A DNA stretch of 32,000 nucleotides, from the NCBI GenBank assembly GCA_963663995.1, contig OY760660.1, forward strand, positions 1,560,001 through 1,592,000. Reading direction: 5' to 3'. Below are positions 25,624 to 32,000 of this stretch, one piece after another. The notes beneath the pieces are model-generated. The model had not been told where the DNA came from. It saw only the letters and a list, made by a program, of their open reading frames with translations, and did no database searches. The number at the start of each line of letters is the position of its first letter. Positions within the stretch are counted from its first letter, which is position 1. This DNA is from Erysipelotrichaceae bacterium (GTDB taxonomy: Bacteria > Bacillota_I > Bacilli_A > Erysipelotrichales > Erysipelotrichaceae). The position numbers and the translations under genes are program-made.

Positions 25624-26640
25624 ATGAAAAAAATGTTGATGTTATTTGTGATAAGTAGTTTCTTTTTAAGTTCTTGTTCAATGTTTACGAAAGAGAAAAT
25701 TGAACAGTTATCTATAGCAATTGCGCCCATCGCAATACCGGGTGAAATATTAAATGCTTCCGAAAGTTTTAAAGCAGATTTAAGAGCATATTTATATGAT
25801 CAAGGTTATGATGTAGAGCAATTAGATTTTGTTGTTTATGAAACACACGCAGATACTCGTGAAGCATTATTGGATGGTAGTGTGGATGTAGCGTATCTAC
25901 CTGTACTACAATATTTAAAGATTATGAATGATGTGGATTATATGGCATCCATTACAAATCCACAATTAGATATGGGAACTGAGGCAAGTGTTTATAACGA
26001 TATAAGTTCAGCGACTAAACCTATTTCAAATTTAGCTTATCGGAATGCTTTGATTTACACAGGTCCATCTGAATATGGTCAAGAAATTTATAATAAGTTT
26101 AAAAACAATGAAACGATTACTTGGATTGATGTAAATGTAGCGAGTTGGTGCCATGTCGTTGTGACAAGTCTTGATGGCTATGTCATGCCTAGTCTTTGGT
26201 TAATTGATGAATATAATCGTCGTATGGGTGAACTCTTTGATCATACATTGGAAGTAAGAGGCTATGAAGATGTTGTAAAAGCTCTTGCCAACCAATCTTG
26301 TGATATTGCGGTTGGACCTAGTTTACTTAGATATGATTATGAAGCTTTATGGCAAAGTGAAGATTTTGGTGGTGAAAACAATATATTTACTGATGTGAAT
26401 GTTATTGGAGTTACACAAGCTATTTATGATGATGTCTTTGTTTCTCGTAAAATAGCTGAAGAAAACGATCCACTAAATGCAGAAATAATGACATTGATTC
26501 AAAATTTCTTAGTCAATCAGAGCGAAGAAAAACCCGATTTATATCAGGTTCTAGGATTTGAAGGCATAGATATACTAGATCAAACTTTCTATGAGTCTAT
26601 GATACTAGCTTTAGAATATGTCGAACGCATCATGTCTTGA
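25624..26640 (+). CDS. PhnD-like (phosphonate/phosphite family) periplasmic-binding lipoprotein, orphan copy
   Basis: 338 aa with lipobox FLSSC. Divergent paralog of 28274..29308, with shared blocks: Y.GPS.YG, ..TW.DVN.A.WC, GYV.P..WL.D.., DV.VIGVTQ.I..D. No transporter genes in its own transcription unit. Confidence 0.7.
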   Translation: MKKMLMLFVISSFFLSSCSMFTKEKIEQLSIAIAPIAIPGEILNASESFKADLRAYLYDQGYDVEQLDFVVYETHADTREALLDGSVDVAYLPVLQYLKIMNDVDYMASITNPQLDMGTEASVYNDISSATKPISNLAYRNALIYTGPSEYGQEIYNKFKNNETITWIDVNVASWCHVVVTSLDGYVMPSLWLIDEYNRRMGELFDHTLEVRGYEDVVKALANQSCDIAVGPSLLRYDYEALWQSEDFGGENNIFTDVNVIGVTQAIYDDVFVSRKIAEENDPLNAEIMTLIQNFLVNQSEEKPDLYQVLGFEGIDILDQTFYESMILALEYVERIMS

Positions 26641-26651
26641 TGCGTTTTTTT
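26626..26651 (+). terminator. Rho-independent terminator overlapping the stop of the orphan PhnD-like gene
   Basis: CGCATCA-TGTCT-TGATGCG followed by TTTTTTT. The TGA stop (26638-26640) lies in the 3' arm. Confidence 0.75.
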
Positions 26652-28158
26652 ATTTTATTATCTTAATGTTTTCATTATGTTGAATTTTGACTGGTGTATT
26701 TTTGCTTACATACTCAGCAATTAAATCAGTCATATCCAATGGAAGTTCCGTTACTGTAATTGCCTCTGGGATCATATTAAAATTACCGCCACCGCTGGCA
26801 CGATAGTTATTCATGACAATCGTGTAGTAATCATGATCCACTAAATCTTTTCCGTTAACTTTAGCTTCAACTAATCGCTGTCCAATGGGATTAGAAATCT
26901 TATAAGTATAGTCAATACCATCTAACATGTCGTAATTGAAATGCTGGGGTTTTGGGGCATCGTATTCAGGGTTAACAATGATTTCATTATTCTTCATTGA
27001 AAAATAGTTAGCATTTTGTTCAAGATATGTTTTTAATGCACGACCTGTCATTTTTTTAACGACTAGACTATTAGGGTAGATATAGTTGTTGACGATATCA
27101 CGCATACGAATATTTTGAGGAAAGCCAAGAGGATGATTAAACAAAGCAGTGGCACTTATTTCAGCCATAGTACAATCAAGTTGAACTTGGTTTAAAAACG
27201 AAATAATTGGATGTTTGTTTAATCTAGCAGAAAAAGGATCAGTGACAAAACAATCTCCATCTATAAGCGTTCCGATAACTGTATCTAACCAATTGTTAAC
27301 GGGCTCTTCATAAGGCTTTATAAGTTCTTCGATTTCATGATCAACAGCTACTTCAGCCATGCTGACAATTTTTGCGTTTAATTTATGATCAACAATATCA
27401 ATTTGCATAACTTCAGCAGAGTTCATTGCGCATTGTAAAAAGATAGTGTCATTAATTACGGTGTTAATAGTACGATGTTGATGACCTGAGATAATCGCAT
27501 CAATGCAATCTAACTTACATAATTCATATCCAATATTCTCACCAGTTAGCGTTTCTGTTGGCTTTCCAGTTTGTGCATCTTTTTCTAATCCACCATGGTA
27601 GATGACAAAGACAAAATCAACGTTTTCTTTAAGTTCACAAACTTCTTTTTTAACGACTTCAAGTGGATTTAAGTAAGTGAAATGTTTAATGTTCTCTGGT
27701 CTTTCCCAATGTGGAATGTAATCTGTCACAATACCAATTAATCCAACTTTAATTCCATTTTTAAAATGATGAATTTGACTAGAACCAATTGGGATATCTT
27801 TATAAAGAACATTACTGGTAATACAAGATGCATCAATAGAAGCTAAGAAATTATTAATGATTGATTCACCATAATTAAAATCATGATTGCCCACATTCTC
27901 AAAATTGTATTCCATTTGATTCATAACTTGAGCTAAAGGGTTTGGATTAATATTGTTTCGATGTGAGTAAGTTAATAAGGGACTTCCTTGTAGATTATCT
28001 CCGTTATCAATTAAGAGAACCTCATTGTTTTCTCTTTGTGATTTTAGATAGGTAGAAAAGCGAGATAATCCATTTGGATTCATTTCATTATTGATGTTTG
28101 ATTTGGCTGAAATGGTGCCATGTATATCGGTTGTGAATAGACATGTTATGTTAAGCAT
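26650..28158 (-). CDS. Bifunctional metallophosphatase / 5'-nucleotidase family (UshA/CpdB/YfkN-like), no signal peptide
   Basis: 502 aa. Calcineurin-like motifs TTDIHG, DNGDNLQGSP, GNHDFNYG, YHGG, GHQH, then a C-terminal 5'-nucleotidase-type domain. The N-terminus MLNITCLFTTDIHG leaves no room for a secretion signal. Confidence 0.85.
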   Translation of the reverse strand: MLNITCLFTTDIHGTISAKSNINNEMNPNGLSRFSTYLKSQRENNEVLLIDNGDNLQGSPLLTYSHRNNINPNPLAQVMNQMEYNFENVGNHDFNYGESIINNFLASIDASCITSNVLYKDIPIGSSQIHHFKNGIKVGLIGIVTDYIPHWERPENIKHFTYLNPLEVVKKEVCELKENVDFVFVIYHGGLEKDAQTGKPTETLTGENIGYELCKLDCIDAIISGHQHRTINTVINDTIFLQCAMNSAEVMQIDIVDHKLNAKIVSMAEVAVDHEIEELIKPYEEPVNNWLDTVIGTLIDGDCFVTDPFSARLNKHPIISFLNQVQLDCTMAEISATALFNHPLGFPQNIRMRDIVNNYIYPNSLVVKKMTGRALKTYLEQNANYFSMKNNEIIVNPEYDAPKPQHFNYDMLDGIDYTYKISNPIGQRLVEAKVNGKDLVDHDYYTIVMNNYRASGGGNFNMIPEAITVTELPLDMTDLIAEYVSKNTPVKIQHNENIKIIK

Positions 28159-28164
28159 ATGTAA

Positions 28165-28173
28165 ATTATATCA
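28165..28173 (-). promoter_or_regulatory. Extended -10 promoter (TGaTATAAT) 6 nt upstream of the nucleotidase ATG (possible leaderless transcript)
   Basis: Minus strand reads TTTGATATAAT-ttacat-ATG(28158). No Shine-Dalgarno. Confidence 0.45.
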
Positions 28174-28273
28174 AAGCTTTGAAAAGTTAGTGTAAAAGTC
28201 AACTTTACTACTAAAGTACTATAAAAAAAGTGCTACACTTAAATTGTAATTATTCAATTACAGGAGGACACAA

Positions 28274-29308
28274 ATGAAAAAGTTTTTTGCTGTGTTGATG
28301 CTTTCTATTCTAGTTTTAGGTGGACTAACTGCATGTTCATCTACACCTGCTGAAGAAGAAGTCACAACAATCTCAGACCTAGTTGTTTTATTCGTTCCTA
28401 GCCGTGACCCTGGACTAATCCAAGAAGCGACAGAACCACTAAAACAATTACTCATCGATAGTTTAGCTTCTAAAGGCTTCACTGTTGAAAATGTAACAAT
28501 CGAAGTTACAACAGATTATAATGCTGCTGGTGATGCACTTGCTGCTGGTACTGCTCAAATTGGTTTCTTACCAGGTGGTACTTATGTTGCATACTCAGAA
28601 GATGGCGTTGAAGTCGTATTAGCTGCTACTCGTGCTGGTCTAAATAAAGACAGTGAAGTTGCTGCTGATTGGAATGATGGTTTACCAACTGAAGGTGACT
28701 CAAATAATCAAGTCACTTATTACCGTTCATTAATCTATGCAGGACCTAGTGATTATGGACGTATGTTAGCTGATAAAGTTAATACTGGTGAAGCTCTAAC
28801 TTGGGATGATGTTAATGGCGCGCAATGGTGTGTATCTAATTCATCAACTTCATCTGCAGGTTATGTTTACCCAACGATGTGGTTAATGGATAACTTTGGT
28901 ATGAAAATTACTGACTTTGAAAAATCACCATTACTTGGTGGTTATGGTGATATCGCTGCTAACTTAGCAACTGAACAATGTGATGTTGGTGTTGGTTATG
29001 CTGATATTCGTCGTGATTATGATGAAAACTGGGTTGGTGAATGGGAACGTACAGAAGATATCTGGAATGAAACTGATGTTATCGGTGTAACTCAAGGGAT
29101 CTTCAATGACACAATTTCTGTAAGTTTAAATCACCCAGACATGAGTGATGCACTCAAAACAGCTATCCAAGAAGCATTCATTGAAATTGCTCAAACAGAA
29201 GCTGGTGCAGAAGCGATTGCTATTTACAATCACGAAGGTTACCAAGTTGTAACTGATGCTGATTATGATGGTGCACGTGCTGCACGTGATATTGTACAAG
29301 GTAGTTAA
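28274..29308 (+). CDS. phnD: Phosphonate-family ABC transporter substrate-binding lipoprotein
   Basis: 344 aa with lipobox GGLTAC. PhnD-type layout (LVVLFVPSRDP..., TDYNAAGDALAAGTAQIGFL, SSTSSAGYVYP). AGGAGG at 28262-28267. Followed by phnC and two phnE genes. Confidence 0.85.
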   Translation: MKKFFAVLMLSILVLGGLTACSSTPAEEEVTTISDLVVLFVPSRDPGLIQEATEPLKQLLIDSLASKGFTVENVTIEVTTDYNAAGDALAAGTAQIGFLPGGTYVAYSEDGVEVVLAATRAGLNKDSEVAADWNDGLPTEGDSNNQVTYYRSLIYAGPSDYGRMLADKVNTGEALTWDDVNGAQWCVSNSSTSSAGYVYPTMWLMDNFGMKITDFEKSPLLGGYGDIAANLATEQCDVGVGYADIRRDYDENWVGEWERTEDIWNETDVIGVTQGIFNDTISVSLNHPDMSDALKTAIQEAFIEIAQTEAGAEAIAIYNHEGYQVVTDADYDGARAARDIVQGS

Positions 29309-29321
29309 TTAGTCTATCATT

Positions 29322-29350
29322 AAAGACGGGGCGATTGCCTCGTCTTTTTT
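29322..29350 (+). terminator. Hairpin terminator/attenuator between phnD and phnC
   Basis: AAAGACGGGG-CGATTG-CCTCGTCTTT followed by TTTT. This would give excess binding-protein mRNA relative to the membrane components. Confidence 0.65.
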
Positions 29351-29374
29351 AAGTTTTTAGGAACAGAGGGAATT

Positions 29375-30139
29375 ATGATTCAATTTGAGAATGTTACCAA
29401 AACATATCCTGGGGGCGTAACTGCTTTAAAAGGGGTGGATCTAAGCATCGAACAAGGTGAGTTTGTTGCGATCATTGGTTTATCAGGAGCTGGTAAATCA
29501 ACACTATTAAGAACCATAAATCAAATGCATAAAATCACTAGTGGAACACTTGTGGTTAATGAAGTGAATGTATCTGATTTACAAGGCAAAGAACTAAGAC
29601 GTTTTAGACGTAATATTGGAATGGTTTTCCAATCCTTTAATTTAGTTCGACGTACATCCGTTATTAAAAACGTATTAGCGGCACGGGTTGCTGATATGCC
29701 TTTATGGATGAGTTTACTTAGTTTATATTCAAAAGAAGATAAAGTTATTGCTTTAGAAGCACTTGATCAAGTGGGTATTTTAGAAAAAGCCTATGTACGT
29801 GCAGATCAATTATCAGGTGGTCAACAACAACGGGTTGCACTAGCGAGATGTTTAGCTCAAAAGCCAAGTATTATTTTGGCGGATGAACCAGTTGCTTCTT
29901 TAGATCCAGTAACCTCAAAACAAGTTATGGGTGACTTTTTAAAAATCAATAAAGAACTCAATATTACGGTTATTGCCAATATGCACCATGTAGATATGGC
30001 CCTTAATTATGCCGATCGAATTATTGGGATTAAAGAAGGAGTTATAGTTTATGATGGTCCTTCTAAAAATGTTAATAATGATATTTTAAAACAAGTTTAT
30101 GGTCGTGAATTATCAGATGACGATCTAATGGAGCATTAG
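29375..30139 (+). CDS. phnC: Phosphonate-family ABC transporter ATP-binding protein
   Basis: 254 aa. Walker A GLSGAGKST, LSGGQQQR, Walker B ILADEPVASLD, H-loop NMHH. Overall PhnC-like architecture. Confidence 0.9.
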   Translation: MIQFENVTKTYPGGVTALKGVDLSIEQGEFVAIIGLSGAGKSTLLRTINQMHKITSGTLVVNEVNVSDLQGKELRRFRRNIGMVFQSFNLVRRTSVIKNVLAARVADMPLWMSLLSLYSKEDKVIALEALDQVGILEKAYVRADQLSGGQQQRVALARCLAQKPSIILADEPVASLDPVTSKQVMGDFLKINKELNITVIANMHHVDMALNYADRIIGIKEGVIVYDGPSKNVNNDILKQVYGRELSDDDLMEH

Positions 30140-30142
30140 TTC

Positions 30143-30964
30143 GTGTCACATTTATTCAAATGGTTGAAACCAAAACCGATTACCCTAAGTAATGGTAAAG
30201 TTGTTACCCCTAAAATGAGTGCAGCTATTTATGTCGTTCCAATCATTTTAGTCTTAACCTACTTTAGTATTGGCTTAACTCGTTTTAAACTCGGTATGTT
30301 AATTAATCGTGGATATCAATTCTTTGTGATTGTCTCGCAAATGATTCCACCTAATTTTGCATATTTTGATTCTGTGGTTGGACCACTGGTAGATACGATT
30401 TTAATGTCGATTGTTGGGACATTAATTGGATCAGCACTTGCCTTACCTGCTGCTTATTTATCCTCAGAACAAATGATGCAAAACCCAATTATTAAATTTA
30501 TCTTTAAATCATCGATGTCAATTGTTCGTACATTCCCAATTCTTGTTTTAGCATTACTCTTCAGAATTATATTTGGGATTGGTGCTTTTGCCGGAACAAT
30601 GGCGATTATGGTCTTTACCTTTACAATTATGACCAAGATGTTTTATGAGCTAATTGATACAGCTGATATGGGACCTTTTGAAGCCTCATTATCAAGTGGT
30701 TCGAATCGTATCCAAGCATTTTGGGTCGCAATCATGCCTCAACTTTGGGGACAATATATTTCTTTAGTTCTCTATAACTTTGAAATGAACATTCGTAACG
30801 CTGCGATTTTAGGTTATGTTGGTGCAGGTGGTATTGGGATTGTCTTAAACGAACGCTTAGGATGGCGTGTCTATGATGATGTTGGCTTAATTCTTTTAGT
30901 GATGATGATTACGGTTTATTCCATTGAAAGTACAAGTCGATACATAAGGATGAAACTATTATGA
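30143..30964 (+). CDS. phnE: Phosphonate-family ABC transporter permease (1 of 2)
   Basis: 273 aa, polytopic. EAA-loop region FEASLSSGSNRIQAFWVAIMPQ. GTG start 9 nt after GGAG (30131-30134). Confidence 0.85.
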   Translation: MSHLFKWLKPKPITLSNGKVVTPKMSAAIYVVPIILVLTYFSIGLTRFKLGMLINRGYQFFVIVSQMIPPNFAYFDSVVGPLVDTILMSIVGTLIGSALALPAAYLSSEQMMQNPIIKFIFKSSMSIVRTFPILVLALLFRIIFGIGAFAGTMAIMVFTFTIMTKMFYELIDTADMGPFEASLSSGSNRIQAFWVAIMPQLWGQYISLVLYNFEMNIRNAAILGYVGAGGIGIVLNERLGWRVYDDVGLILLVMMITVYSIESTSRYIRMKLL

Positions 30965-31782
30965 GTCAAAACCAAGCAGTACTCGATAAACTAAAACAAG
31001 AACCTAAATATACCGTACAAGTAGGTTTAGCTATTAGTGCTTTGATTGCGATTATTGTTGTTTCAAATATCTACATGCCATTTAAAGGATTAACTGAAAC
31101 TGGTATGAAAATTGCCGTTAATATACTAAGTTCTATCTTTAATCCAAATACAGACTTCTTATTTGATTTCCACAGTACAGGCGGTGTTCCGTATCTCATG
31201 CTTGAGACGATGGCCATTGCATTCTTGGGAACGATTATTGGTGTTATTGTATCAATTCCAATAGCCTTTATATCATCACGTAATATCGTGCCGAAGGCAA
31301 TTGCTCATTTAGGTGTCATGATGATTACCGTGATTCGTACATTCCCAGCAGTTGTCTATGGCTTAATGTTTATCCGTGTTACAGGTCCAGGACCTTTTAC
31401 AGGTGTATTAACCTTAGCAATCGCAAGTATAGGGATGGTCTCAAAACTGTTCATTGAGGTTATTGAAGATTTAGATCCAGGGATTACAGAAGCACTAGAT
31501 GCCTCTGGATGTAATACGATTCAAAAGATTCAATATGGAATTATTCCACAATTGATGACTAACTTTATTTCAACTGCGATTTATCGTTTTGAAATTAATA
31601 TTAAATACGCAACAATCCTGGGGATGGTTGGAGCGGGTGGTATAGGTGCACCACTTATCTTTGCGATTAGTGCGTATCGTTGGAGTGATGCGGGTTCCCT
31701 ATTAATTGGACTTATCATTACCGTTTTAATTGTTGAGATGATTTCTACTCGTTTAAGAAAGAAACTCGCAACCGGTCAATAA
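30961..31782 (+). CDS. phnE: Phosphonate-family ABC transporter permease (2 of 2)
   Basis: 273 aa, paralog of the preceding gene. EAA loop TEALDASGCNTIQKIQYGIIPQ. ATGA start/stop overlap at 30961-30964. Confidence 0.85.
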   Translation: MSQNQAVLDKLKQEPKYTVQVGLAISALIAIIVVSNIYMPFKGLTETGMKIAVNILSSIFNPNTDFLFDFHSTGGVPYLMLETMAIAFLGTIIGVIVSIPIAFISSRNIVPKAIAHLGVMMITVIRTFPAVVYGLMFIRVTGPGPFTGVLTLAIASIGMVSKLFIEVIEDLDPGITEALDASGCNTIQKIQYGIIPQLMTNFISTAIYRFEINIKYATILGMVGAGGIGAPLIFAISAYRWSDAGSLLIGLIITVLIVEMISTRLRKKLATGQ

Positions 31783-31787
31783 TCTGT

Positions 31788-31867
31788 AGAGGCTGTAACG
31801 AAATAGAATAGTGAATATCCATGGTATGGATGAAAACGAAACTAGAGGCGTTACAGCTTCTTTTTTT
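31788..31867 (+). terminator. Long composite hairpin terminator after the phn operon
   Basis: A 13-bp outer stem AGAGGCTGTAACG(31788-31800)/CGTTACAGCTTCT(31849-31861, one G.U) encloses an inner hairpin ATCCAT-GGT-ATGGAT (31817-31831). The U-run 31861-31867 extends from the stem's last base. Confidence 0.6.
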
Positions 31868-32000
31868 GTTTAATCTGATGGTTTTGATATTTTTTTGGAT
31901 TAAATTTAGAAAACTAGACGACTTAAAAAGAACTTTTAAGGTTTTATAACTATTTAATTGAGTTTATGTCTTAGTTTTCTTGAATGATATTTCATTAAGT

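Noticed and set aside
28174-28260. Pho-box (PhoP TT[ATC]ACA direct repeats at 11-bp spacing) in the divergent nucleotidase/phnD control region
   Set aside because: Only isolated hexamer-like matches (TTTACT, TTAGTG, and TGTAAA on the other strand) occur, without the required periodic array. In DNA this AT-rich, such matches are expected by chance.

Overview
This is an AT-rich chromosomal segment from a low-GC Gram-positive (Bacillota-like) organism. It uses the standard code: TGA acts as a stop at 26638-26640 and at the phnE/phnE ATGA overlap, and the standard-code ORFs are full length. I support 28 protein genes plus one interrupted gene.

Gene order, left to right:
- glgA, 5'-truncated by the window edge, with an odd lysine-rich tail.
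- A convergent operon of a TPP-dependent 2-oxoacid decarboxylase-like enzyme and an aldehyde dehydrogenase, with a divergent D-2-hydroxyacid dehydrogenase.
- A minus-strand OpuA/ProU-type betaine ABC transporter with two tandem paralogous binding lipoproteins placed upstream of the permease and ATPase.
- pgk-tpiA-eno.
- secG-rnr-smpB.
- A Cof-type HAD phosphatase broken by one in-frame TAA.
- A five-gene operon: orphan cellobiose-type PTS EIIC, Gfo/Idh/MocA oxidoreductase, DUF336/UPF0303-like protein, second Gfo/Idh/MocA oxidoreductase, RpiR regulator.
- A minus-strand lemA-DUF2207-DUF4870 membrane operon.
- An orphan PhnD-like lipoprotein, a signal-peptide-less UshA/CpdB-type metallophosphoesterase, and phnD-phnC-phnE-phnE.

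I saw no rRNA, tRNA, tmRNA, CRISPR array, IS element or phage gene.

The best candidates for undescribed biology are:
- the glycosidase-less EIIC/oxidoreductase/RpiR locus and its four-half-site operator array;
- the hydroxyacid dehydrogenase / decarboxylase / aldehyde dehydrogenase module next to the Opu transporter;
- the LemA/DUF2207/DUF4870 operon;
- the phosphorus-scavenging cluster, where two genes appear to be leaderless.

All functional calls come from motif recognition by eye. No database search was run.
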